In this document: positions 30,146 to 39,490 of the stretch, in pieces
Position numbering within the stretch: position 1 is the stretch's first letter
Layout: every line of letters starts with the position of its first letter
From: Deltaproteobacteria bacterium
Lineage (GTDB): Bacteria > Myxococcota > Kuafuiibacteriia > Kuafuiibacteriales > Kuafuiibacteriaceae
Assembly (NCBI GenBank): GCA_040218735.1
Contig: JAVJQW010000062.1
Location: 32,001-96,000, forward strand
DNA: 64,000 nucleotides
Direction: 5' to 3'
The notes under the pieces: generated by a model
Database searches by the model: none
What the model was told of the DNA's origin: nothing
Seen by the model: only the letters and a program-made list of their open reading frames with translations
Made by a program: the position numbers and the translations under genes

Positions 30146-31668
30146 GGTCCCTCGCCCTCTGCGCCGTCGCGCTGTGCGCGTGCGCGACGTCGACCCCCGA
30201 GCCCTACCCGCTCACGAAGGTCGAGCCCGTGGTCCTCGCGCCGCCGCCCACGCGGACGACGACGGTGAGCGGGACGGTCGCGATGTCGATCGAAGACGCG
30301 ATCTACGAAGCGCTCGCGAACAACCGTGACCTTCGCATCCAGCGCTTCGGTCCGGTCCTCGCAGGGACGTTCGAGCAGATCGAGCGCGGGGTGTTCGACC
30401 CCGAGGTCTTCGCCGAGCTCCGGCTGCAACGCGAACGCGCCTCGCAGGTCGCGCGCGCGACGGGCGAACGGTTCGACGTCACGGGCACGAACGCCGACAC
30501 GGTGCTCGGGGTTCGGCAGCGCCTCCCGACCGGGACGACGCTGGAGGCGACGGCGTCCCACGGCTACGACGACTCGGACCGCACCCCTCGCCAGCAGGCG
30601 GTGCGGCTCGGCCTCAGCGTCACGCAGTCGCTGCTGCGGGGCTTCGGCCCGGCGGTGAACCTCGCCCGGCTCGACCAGGCGCGACTGGACTTCGACGCGA
30701 GCGTGCACGAGCTCGAAGGCTACGCACAGGCGGTGATCGCGGCGGCGGAGATCGCGTACTGGCGGTTCGTGATGCGCACCGCGGAGATCGCGATTCACAC
30801 GCGCTCGCTGGAGGTCGCCGAGAGTCAGGAGAACGAGGTCGCGCAGCGCATCGATGTCGGCCTCCTTCCGCCGCTCGAAGCGGCCGCCGCGCAGGCGGAG
30901 GTCGCGCGCCGCAAGCAGGCGGTGATCGACGCCAAGAGCCTCCGTCGCGCGGCCGAGCTCCAGCTCGCCCGGATGATCCTCCCCGATGTCGAGAACGCGG
31001 TCAGCATCGACGCGACGAGCGCGCCTCGAACGACCACCCCGGCGTTGTCAGAAGCCGAAGCGCACGTCGCGCTCGCGCTGAAGACCCGGCCGGAGATCGA
31101 GGAGGCCCAGACACGCCTCGAGCAGCGGCGGCTCGACACCGTCGTCACCGAGAACGGCATCCTCCCGCGCCTCGACTTCTTCGTCGCGCTGGGGAAGACC
31201 GGCTTCGACAGCTCCGCGCGCGGCAGCATCGCGGCGCTCACGAGTGAGACCTACGACGTCGTCGCGGGGCTGCAGCTCTCCGACGTGCTGGGGCATCGCG
31301 CGACGAACGCGATCGACCGCGCGGCGCGCGTGGATCGACGCCGCAGCGAAGAGGCGGTCGCCAACCTACGGCAGGCGGTGTCACTCGAGGTGCGCCTCGC
31401 GCTGAACGAGGTCGAGCGTGCGCGCGCGCAGATCGACGCGACGGCCGCGACGCGTTCGCTTCAAGAGAAGGCGGTCGCCGCCGAGAAGGAGCGCTTCGAC
31501 GTCGGCGACTCGACCGCCCTCCTCGTTGCGTCCGCGCAGCGCGACTTGTTGATGAGCGAGATCGACGAGGTGCGCGCCGTCGTCGACTACCGCATCGCGC
31601 TGGTGAACCTCTACCGCTCCGAAGGCACGCTGCTGGCGCGACGCGGCATCACGCTCTCGGCGCCGTGA
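30142..31668 (+). CDS. TolC-family outer membrane efflux protein
   Basis: GTG at 30142 overlaps the permease stop; LCAC lipobox; [24 protein letters not shown]. Confidence 0.88.
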   Translation: MRSLALCAVALCACATSTPEPYPLTKVEPVVLAPPPTRTTTVSGTVAMSIEDAIYEALANNRDLRIQRFGPVLAGTFEQIERGVFDPEVFAELRLQRERASQVARATGERFDVTGTNADTVLGVRQRLPTGTTLEATASHGYDDSDRTPRQQAVRLGLSVTQSLLRGFGPAVNLARLDQARLDFDASVHELEGYAQAVIAAAEIAYWRFVMRTAEIAIHTRSLEVAESQENEVAQRIDVGLLPPLEAAAAQAEVARRKQAVIDAKSLRRAAELQLARMILPDVENAVSIDATSAPRTTTPALSEAEAHVALALKTRPEIEEAQTRLEQRRLDTVVTENGILPRLDFFVALGKTGFDSSARGSIAALTSETYDVVAGLQLSDVLGHRATNAIDRAARVDRRRSEEAVANLRQAVSLEVRLALNEVERARAQIDATAATRSLQEKAVAAEKERFDVGDSTALLVASAQRDLLMSEIDEVRAVVDYRIALVNLYRSEGTLLARRGITLSAP

Positions 31669-31710
31669 GTTTGTTGGCAGCGATTCGCGCACCGCTCTGT
31701 CCAAGGCAGC

Positions 31711-33560
31711 GTGAGACTCGAGACTGCGGTCCTGGCCGCACTGATCACCCTGGGGTGTGAAACCGCCCCCGAAACCCTCGCGACGTCGCGCGACGAGATC
31801 AACGCGTGCCCCGAGACGCCGGAGCGCCAGCTGTTGTGGGGCGACCTCCACGTCCACACGAGCTGGTCGTTCGACGCGAACATCGCCGGCACGACCGCCG
31901 ATCCGAGCGACGCGTATGCGTTCGCGAAGGCCTCGACACCGTCGAGATCGCCACCGAAACGGGTCCGCGGATCCCGATGCACATCGGCCCGCCGCTGCAG
32001 TTCACGGCGGTGACGGATCACTCCGAGTTCCTCGCCGAGACGCAGATCTGCACGACGCCCGGGATGCCGGGCTACACGTCGTCGACCTGCCAGACCTATC
32101 GCAACAACCCGACGCTCGCGTTCGCGCTCTTCGGTCTGCGACTTACGTCCCAGAACCCGACGCGCTTCACGTTCTGCTCGCAGCCCGGCGTCGACTGCTC
32201 GGGGGTCGCGCGCACCACGTGGCAGCGTGTGCAGGACGCGGCGGACGACGCCAACGATCCGTGCAACTTCACGGCGCTGAGCGCCTACGAGTGGACCGGC
32301 ACGACGGACCTCGACAACTTCCACCGGAACGTCGTCTTCCGCGGGACGCAGCTCCCGACGCAGCCGACGAGTTACTTCGAAGCGCCGACGCCGCAGGACC
32401 TGTGGAGCCGGCTGTTCCTCGACTGCCAGTCCGGGAACCGCGACTGCGACGTGCTGGCCATCCCGCACAACTCGAACGCGAGCGGCGGCAACATGTTCGT
32501 CCCCGAGAACCCGGACGGCTCGCCGCTCAGCGCGGCGCAAGCCAACTTCCGCGCGCGCATGGAGCCGCTCGTCGAGATCTACCAGCACAAGGGTGACTCG
32601 GAGTGCCTCCCGGGGATCTTCGCGGGTGAAGAGGAGTGCGGCTTCGAGAAACTCGGCGGCATCCAGCAGGGCGCCGGGTACGTCCGCAACGCGCTCGAAG
32701 AGGGGCTGCGCCAGCAGCGAAGCATCGGCGCGAACCCGTTCAAGCTCGGCATCATCGCCTCGACCGACACCCACAACGCATCGCCCGGCGCGGTCGACGA
32801 GAACCGGTGGGAGGGCCACCTCGGCAACACCGAGTCGTCGCCCGAGCAGCGCCTCTCGAACGGCGCCTTCTCCCCGGGCGGCCTCGCCGCGGTCTGGGCG
32901 ACGAGCAACACCCGCGACGGTGTCTTCGACGCGCTCGCGCGGCGCGAGACCTACGGCACCAGCGGCCCCCGCATCGCCGTGCGCATGTTCGGTGGCTGGG
33001 ACTATCCGGACGACCTGTGCAACAGCGCGACGCTCGTCGAGGACGGCTACGCGGGCGGCGTCCCGATGGGCGCCGACCTCACATCGCGCCCGAACGGCAA
33101 CGCGCGTCCGAGGATCGTCGTCGCCGCGACCTGGGACCCTGGGCACGACATCGCGGGTGTCGGCGACGGCTACGCCCCGCGCGACGGCACGCGACTCGAG
33201 CGCATCCAGATCGTGAAGGCCTGGGTCGACGGCTTCGGCATCACGCGCGAGCGCGTCTACGATATCGCCGGCCAAGTCTCGAACGCGCAGGTCGACACCA
33301 ACACCTGCGCCCCGACGCCCACCGGCGCGGAGCACCTCTGCGCGGTGTGGGAGGACCCGACGTTCAACGCCAACGCGCCGGCGTTCTACTACGCGCGTGT
33401 CCTCGAGGAGCCGTCGTGTCGCTGGGACGCGTTCGAGTGCATCGACGCGGGCATCACGTGCGGCGGCAGCGTGCCGCGGGAGTACAGATACTGCTGCAAC
33501 GGCACCGACCTCACCGTACAGGAGCGGGCCTGGACCTCGCCCGTCTGGTACACGCCATGA
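31711..33560 (+). pseudogene. DUF3604 (PHP-like metallohydrolase) lipoprotein, interrupted by a single-base frameshift near 31930
   Basis: ORF 31711 has the lipobox and [21 protein letters not shown]. The other frame continues LDTVEI..AVTDHSE..IPHNSN..EIYQHKG..STDTHN..ERAWTSPVWY. One extra G at aag|gcc joins them. Confidence 0.8.
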
Positions 33561-34393
33561 AGAAGCTGCTCGCGGATCCGATGCTCCGGTACCTCGTCGT
33601 CGGGGTTGGTTTGTTCCTCGTGTTCGGTGACCTCGTCGACGACGGCCGTGCACCGATCGAGGTCTCGGCGGGTTACGTCGATGGCCTCGCGATGTTGGAG
33701 TCCGAGCGCCTCGGGCGCGCGCCGACCGAAGCCGAGCGCCAACAACTCGTCGACCGCCACGTCGAGGAGGAAGCGCTCTACCGCGAGGCCATCGCGATGG
33801 GCCTCGACGAAGGTGACGTCATCGTGCGGCGCCGCCTCATCCAGAAGATGCGGTTCCTCCTCGACGACGCGATCGTCACGGAGCCGCCGTCTCAGGCGGA
33901 GCTCACGGAGCACCTCACGGCGAACGTCGAACGCTTCGCGCGCCCGGCGCGCCTGGGGTTCGAGCACCGCTTCTTCGTGCCGGACCGCCCCGACGCGTTC
34001 GTCGCGGACGCCAAGGCGAAGCTGGTGGCGCAGCAAGAGATCGTGAGTGATCCGTTTCTGCTCACGGGCCTGACCCTCCGCGACGTCTCCACCACGGAGA
34101 TCACCCGGACGTTCGGACGCGACATGGTCGAAGGCCTCGCCGACGCTCCGCTCGACGTGTGGTGGGGTCCGGTGCGATCGCGCTACGGACGGCACCTCAT
34201 CCGAGTCACGTCGCGCACGGAGCCCGGGGCGCCGTCGCTCGAAGACCCCGCGGTGCGCGCCCAGGTGTTGCGCTCGCTGACGGAGCAACGTCACGCCGCG
34301 GACGTCCGGGCGGCGGTGGGTGCGATCGTCTCGTCCTACCCGACGTCGCGTCCCGAGGTCCCCCCCACCACGGTCGCGCAGGTGCAGCGATGA
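33557..34393 (+). CDS. Parvulin-like peptidyl-prolyl isomerase domain protein
   Basis: ATG overlaps the upstream stop; EEALYREAIAMGLDEGDVIVRRRLIQKM, GPVRSRYGRHLIRV. Confidence 0.85.
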   Translation: MKKLLADPMLRYLVVGVGLFLVFGDLVDDGRAPIEVSAGYVDGLAMLESERLGRAPTEAERQQLVDRHVEEEALYREAIAMGLDEGDVIVRRRLIQKMRFLLDDAIVTEPPSQAELTEHLTANVERFARPARLGFEHRFFVPDRPDAFVADAKAKLVAQQEIVSDPFLLTGLTLRDVSTTEITRTFGRDMVEGLADAPLDVWWGPVRSRYGRHLIRVTSRTEPGAPSLEDPAVRAQVLRSLTEQRHAADVRAAVGAIVSSYPTSRPEVPPTTVAQVQR

Positions 34394-35214
34394 GACGCCT
34401 CCTCGGGGTCCTCGTGCTGCTCGCGCCCCACGCGGCGTGGGCGCACGACTTCGCGCCAGGCCGCCTCGACGTGACCGTCGACGGCGACGCGGTCGAAGCA
34501 CAGCTCGCCGTCCCGCTGAGCGCACCGGGCGCCGAAGACGTTCGCCTCGTGCCGCCCGACGGGTGCCGCGTGGTCGCGAGCCACCGGGTCCCGCACGAGC
34601 GAATGGTCGTGACGCGCTCGCGCCTGACGTGCGACGGCGACATCCCCGCGCTCGAGGTCGCGGGCTTGATGCGTTCGCGGCTCGACCTGTTCGTTCAGCT
34701 CGACGGGACGCCGCAACCTCTCTTGCGCCCAGCCGCACCCGTGCTGGCGATCGACAGAGGCTCGGTGGCGGACACCTTCCGCACCGCGTTCGTGACTCGG
34801 TTCGTCGAAGTGCTCCGCCCCGTTTCGATCCTCGCCGCGCTCGCGGTGGGGTTGTTCTGCGCGGCGCGTGAGCGGAGGTTCGTCGCCCTGCTCCTCCCCG
34901 TCGGCTTCCTCGCAGGTCTGTGGATCGCGGTGCCCGCGTTCGTAACCGGGGGCGTGTTGCTCCTCGGCGCGGTCGCCCTCGCAGCGCGCCGGACCAACGC
35001 GCCTATACCGCACGCCGCGCTGGTGATGTTCGCGCTCGCCGCGGGGCTCCTCGTCAGCACGGAGGCCCCGCGCCTCGACGTCGCGCTCGTGCAGCTCGCC
35101 GGCTGGTGGATCGCGTGGGTCGGCCTCGCGTTCCTCGGCGCGACGCTCACGCGGTGGCGCCGCCCGCTCGCCCCAGTGCTCGGCGTCGCGGCGGCCTTCT
35201 GCCTCGGTCTTTGA
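34390..35214 (+). CDS. HupE/UreJ-like membrane protein (divergent)
   Basis: ATGA coupling; signal peptide AWA-HD; hydrophobic C-terminal half; occupies the usual third position after DUF3604 and PPIase. Confidence 0.55.
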   Translation: MRRLLGVLVLLAPHAAWAHDFAPGRLDVTVDGDAVEAQLAVPLSAPGAEDVRLVPPDGCRVVASHRVPHERMVVTRSRLTCDGDIPALEVAGLMRSRLDLFVQLDGTPQPLLRPAAPVLAIDRGSVADTFRTAFVTRFVEVLRPVSILAALAVGLFCAARERRFVALLLPVGFLAGLWIAVPAFVTGGVLLLGAVALAARRTNAPIPHAALVMFALAAGLLVSTEAPRLDVALVQLAGWWIAWVGLAFLGATLTRWRRPLAPVLGVAAAFCLGL

Positions 35215-35216
35215 CG

Positions 35217-37364
35217 CTAAGGGCCCGTGGAGACGAACGGGCGCACCTGCTTGATCACGATGCGCCCGTCTTGCGTGTGTTTCAGCTCCACGTCGAGCGC
35301 GAGCGGCGCGAGGTGCGCGTAGACGTTCGCCGCGAAGTGGTCGTGTACGTCGAAGAGCAGCGACGCGATCGTCGCGAGCTCCGCCTCCGTGAACACCCGC
35401 TCCCCCGCCGGCAGGCGCGACGACTCCACCTGCACCTCGACGTCCGCCGGCGCGTCGTTCTCGCGCCGGAACGTCAGGGCCTCCGCGATCGCCGTGGGAT
35501 CGTCGGGGCGCACCACGCTCTCACTCCCCGTCTGCGCGTTGAGCCGGTACAGCGGCGCCCCCTCGTCGACGTTCAGCTCGGTGATCGCCACCGCGCTCGC
35601 GCGCTCCAGAACAAACGACGGGTTCACCGCGATCCCCATGTACGCGTCGCGATGATCGATCCCGTAGTACGCGCGCTCGTCGAACGCGCGCACGTTCCAC
35701 AGGCTCGCCCACACCGCCCGAATCGCACGGGCCACCGTGCGCTCGTTGTTCAGGTCACCTTCGAGGTCCGCGATGATCGTGGAGAGGTACGTGCGGTCCG
35801 GGTGCATCGACAGCTCCGCGCGCCGCGCTGCGAGCTGTCCCTCCTTCGCCGCGCGCTCCTCGGCGGAGACACACAGCGACGGCCCGAGCTCGTCGTCGTC
35901 CCGGTCGTCCGCGATACACCCGCTCTTGGAGTCGTACAGCCCCGCGCCGGTGAGGGCGTCGAGGTCCTCCACGTTGGTCGAGCTGCGGAAGCGAATGCGT
36001 TCGAGCGCCCCGACCCGCTGCTCGACCTCGTCGATCAGCGAAGGCGCGATCGGCGCGTCCCGGATCGCGTCGCGGATCGTCTTCAACCCACCCCGTTTGA
36101 AGATCGCGTCGGTCGAGCTGCGCGGGTCGGCCAGGAACGCTTCGATCCGGGCGTCGATCCCGTTCGCGGTCACGTGTTCGACGTAGCGCGAGAACGGAAT
36201 GCCGAACCCGCCGGGCCGATGCTCCGACGGGAGGACCGCGTCGAGCTCGGCGATGTTCGCCGCCTTCGCACCGTAGGCGTCGGCGGCCTCGCTCCCGATC
36301 GCGGCGTAGTCGCCAATGCCCGTCACCGTGAGATCCGCGCGCGGCGTCGGCACGGTCGGTCGCGTCCGCGCCCAGAAGGCCTCGGCGTCCTCCAGGTTCG
36401 CGGGCTCCAGCGTGAAGCGATCCTCGGCGACCACCAAACGCACGAGCTGATCCGCGTACCCCTCGACCACCGCCGACTCGTAGATCCGGGGCACCGCCAC
36501 GTTCGGGATGCCCTTCTCCACCAACCGCAGGTTGGTGTGGCTCAGCTGGTTCTGCGGGTCCTTCGTGATGAGCCCCGCGACGACCGAGATGTCGTTCGGT
36601 GCGCTCTCGACCACGACGATGTCGCGCGGGCCGTAGTCGTCCAGCCGCTCGCCGGCCGGGACGACGCGCAGCGTCCCGTATCCCTCGCCTTCGCTGTACG
36701 CGACGTGCGTCAGCCCGCTGATGAGCTGCTCCGGCATGAGGAACGCCACGCCCAGCTCGGCGAGCCGCTGCTGCTCGGCGACGACGAGGCTCTTCTGCCA
36801 GGGGCCGGCCGGGACGAACACCCGCAGGTCCTTCGCAAACGGCGCGCACCGTTCGACCAAACCATCGACCTCGGCGATGTCGTCGACCGTGAGGTTCGAC
36901 GGCTCCGCGTACACCGCGTAGGCGAACACGCCGAGCCGGTCGCTAACTGGGTGCCGCACGCCCGGGTGGAGCTGCACACCTCCCGCCCACCACTGTCGTG
37001 ACCCCGAACGCTGCGTGAGCGAGACGTACGCTTCGAACCCGAGCGTCCGGAACGCCTCGAACGACTGCAGCCACGCGAGGTGCCAGTCGTACTGGCGCAT
37101 GTTCATGAAGTAGCAGTCCTGGTCCAGCGGCGCCGCGCGCTCCACACCGTCGACGTTGAAGAGGTACTTCACGTCGGGCGCGTGCGTGCTCGTGAGCGCC
37201 CCGTAGTCGGCGACCGCGTCGAGCCGCAATCGGTACCGACTGTCGACGGGCACACCGCCGTCGCGGACGGGCACGCCGCCGTCGCGATCCGGCGCGGGCG
37301 GCGCGATGGGCGCCGCCTCACCGCAGGCGGTCGCGAACAACAACAGGATCAGCGCGCGGCGCAT
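35217..37364 (-). CDS. Lipoprotein with PEP-utiliser phospho-His domain and PEP/pyruvate-binding (ATP-grasp) domain
   Basis: ATAC lipobox; QLSHTNL..EKGIPNV; YGAKAANIAEL, RFRSSTNVEDL..GAGLYDS, VWASLW..RA, DVELK, QVRP. Confidence 0.82.
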   Translation of the reverse strand: MRRALILLLFATACGEAAPIAPPAPDRDGGVPVRDGGVPVDSRYRLRLDAVADYGALTSTHAPDVKYLFNVDGVERAAPLDQDCYFMNMRQYDWHLAWLQSFEAFRTLGFEAYVSLTQRSGSRQWWAGGVQLHPGVRHPVSDRLGVFAYAVYAEPSNLTVDDIAEVDGLVERCAPFAKDLRVFVPAGPWQKSLVVAEQQRLAELGVAFLMPEQLISGLTHVAYSEGEGYGTLRVVPAGERLDDYGPRDIVVVESAPNDISVVAGLITKDPQNQLSHTNLRLVEKGIPNVAVPRIYESAVVEGYADQLVRLVVAEDRFTLEPANLEDAEAFWARTRPTVPTPRADLTVTGIGDYAAIGSEAADAYGAKAANIAELDAVLPSEHRPGGFGIPFSRYVEHVTANGIDARIEAFLADPRSSTDAIFKRGGLKTIRDAIRDAPIAPSLIDEVEQRVGALERIRFRSSTNVEDLDALTGAGLYDSKSGCIADDRDDDELGPSLCVSAEERAAKEGQLAARRAELSMHPDRTYLSTIIADLEGDLNNERTVARAIRAVWASLWNVRAFDERAYYGIDHRDAYMGIAVNPSFVLERASAVAITELNVDEGAPLYRLNAQTGSESVVRPDDPTAIAEALTFRRENDAPADVEVQVESSRLPAGERVFTEAELATIASLLFDVHDHFAANVYAHLAPLALDVELKHTQDGRIVIKQVRPFVSTGP

Positions 37365-38686
37365 GACAGGGTCCCTTCAGCGTACCGGTCCGTGACGTGG
37401 AACGTCACTTCGAACGACGTCGCGATGTGTGCGCCGGACACGACGTGACGCCGCCTCAGGAGCCCGCCTCCGGTCGGCGCGGCCAGGATGCGCGCGACCT
37501 CGCTCACCGGGGCGAGTCGCACCGGATCGAGGAGCACGAGCTCGACGTCGTGGTTCGGCACGCAGCCCGCGCAGACGTAGATGTGATCGCCCCGCCCCCA
37601 GGTCAGCGCGACCGCGTCGCCGTACGTAAACAGCGCGGGTTCGACGTAGTCGATGTCGACGACCGGCGGCGTCAACACGTGCGGCCCGTCGACCACGGCG
37701 CCGTCGGCGTCGAGCCGAGCAACCTCGACCATCGTCCACGCCTCCCCGTCGATGGTCTCCGCGGGCGACGAGTCGGCCCACGCGGCGAGGAACCCGTCCC
37801 CCTGCGGCAGCAGCGCGACGCGGTCGAACGCAAACCCCAGGAACCGCGGACCGACCTCGGCGATCTGCACCTCGTCACCGACCGCGGCGCCGGACGCGTC
37901 GAGGCGACCGAAGTGCATCGTGCCGCCGCCCTCGGTCGGCTTGGCGTAGAGGTAGACCGCGCCGCCGTCGACCTCGACGAACGCCGGCCGCGGTGGAGCG
38001 AACCGTGCGCCCAGATCGATCGCCACGCGCGGGGCGCCGCTCGCGCGACCGTCTTGGTCGACCGCCAGCATGAAGAGCTGCGTCACGCCGGTGACACCAC
38101 CGCTGAGCTTGCCCCAGAAGACGAGCGCGCTGTCGTCACCGGTCGCGACGACCTCGAGCGCACCGAACGTCGTGTCGAGGTCGTGCAGCGCGTGCGGCCC
38201 GGAGTGGACGGTGCCGTCGGAGGCGAAGGCGGCCGACATCAGCTCGCCGTCCTCGACCCACACCGCGAGGAGCGTGTCGCCGAGCGCCGTGGCGGAGAGG
38301 TTCGTTCGCTCACCTTCGCCGATGCCCACGACGACGGGCGCGCCCAACGAACCGTCTTCGGCGACGGGCGCGACCTGGAGTGAGATGTCGTCGGTCGGGA
38401 ACCACTGCGCGACCGTCGCGGCAGAGACGAGCGAGACGCCGAACGCTGCGTCGTCCGTCGCGACGTTCGCGCGACCCGTGATCTTCCCGAACTCGTGCGT
38501 GATCCCCAACGCGCCGGTGCAGTCGTGCGTGAGCGTGGCGCTTCTTTCGAGGATCGGCCCCGTGGGGAGGGGCTCGGCGCCGCCGTCGCGACCGCCATCG
38601 CCGCCGCCGTCACGGTCGTCGTCGACGCGGGATGAGCCCCCGCAGGCCACTGCGAGCGCGAGCGCCGCCACCGAAATCCATCGCAT
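37349..38686 (-). CDS. Hypothetical beta-rich lipoprotein
   Basis: MRWISVAALALAVAC lipobox; repeated ..ARLDA.G units suggest a propeller; CAGC near the C-terminus. Confidence 0.65.
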   Translation of the reverse strand: MRWISVAALALAVACGGSSRVDDDRDGGGDGGRDGGAEPLPTGPILERSATLTHDCTGALGITHEFGKITGRANVATDDAAFGVSLVSAATVAQWFPTDDISLQVAPVAEDGSLGAPVVVGIGEGERTNLSATALGDTLLAVWVEDGELMSAAFASDGTVHSGPHALHDLDTTFGALEVVATGDDSALVFWGKLSGGVTGVTQLFMLAVDQDGRASGAPRVAIDLGARFAPPRPAFVEVDGGAVYLYAKPTEGGGTMHFGRLDASGAAVGDEVQIAEVGPRFLGFAFDRVALLPQGDGFLAAWADSSPAETIDGEAWTMVEVARLDADGAVVDGPHVLTPPVVDIDYVEPALFTYGDAVALTWGRGDHIYVCAGCVPNHDVELVLLDPVRLAPVSEVARILAAPTGGGLLRRRHVVSGAHIATSFEVTFHVTDRYAEGTLSCAAR

Positions 38687-38797
38687 GGCGGTCGTTGTTA
38701 ACAAGAGCCGTACCAGCGTGTGCGGCTCGCGCTTACGCGCGGGGGCTCCGGACCGTCGCGACAAGGGCGCGGGGGGCCATCAGAACTTCGAGTCGCG

Positions 38798-39490
38798 TCA
38801 GTTTTCTTCCGCGATCGCTTCGAGGTGGCCTTCGACCATCACGAGCCGCCGCGGCATCCGCTCCGACAGGTGCGAGCTGTGCGTGACGAGCACGATCGTC
38901 AGCCCGGTCTTTGCGTTCAGCTCGTCGAGCAGATCGTGGATGCCGTTCGCCGAGGTCTCGTCGAGGTTGCCGGTCGGCTCGTCGGCGAGGAGGAGCTTCG
39001 GCCCCAGCACGAGCGCGCGCGCGATCGCGACGCGCTGCTGCTCACCGCCGGACAGCTCGCCCGGGCGGTGGTCGACGCGGTGCCCGAGGCCCACGACGTC
39101 GAGGATCTCCCGCGCGCGGCGGTCGGCCTCACCCTGCGGCATCCGCTGGATGAGGCCCGGCATCATCACGTTCTCCAGCGCGGAGAACTCGGGGAGCAGG
39201 TGGTGGAACTGGAACACAAAACCGATCGTGCGGTTCCGAAAGTCCGCGACCTTCGCCGGCCCCTCCGCGAATGGGTTCTTGCCCTCGAAGGTGATGGTGC
39301 CCTGCGTCGGCTCGTCGAGGGTGCCGACGAGGTGCAGGAAGGTCGACTTGCCGGATCCGGAGCGCCCGATGATCGAGATGCGCTCGCCGGCGTGGATGTC
39401 GAGGTCCACCCCGCGCAGCACTTCGATCGTGCGGCCTTCGAGGTGGTAGTGCTTCACGAGGCCGCGTACGGCGACCAGCGGCTCAGTCAT
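38798..39490 (-). CDS. lolD: Lipoprotein-releasing ABC transporter ATP-binding subunit
   Basis: GRSGSGKST, GFVFQFHHLLPEFSALENV, LSGGEQQRVA, ADEPTGNLD. Confidence 0.9.
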   Translation of the reverse strand: MTEPLVAVRGLVKHYHLEGRTIEVLRGVDLDIHAGERISIIGRSGSGKSTFLHLVGTLDEPTQGTITFEGKNPFAEGPAKVADFRNRTIGFVFQFHHLLPEFSALENVMMPGLIQRMPQGEADRRAREILDVVGLGHRVDHRPGELSGGEQQRVAIARALVLGPKLLLADEPTGNLDETSANGIHDLLDELNAKTGLTIVLVTHSSHLSERMPRRLVMVEGHLEAIAEEN

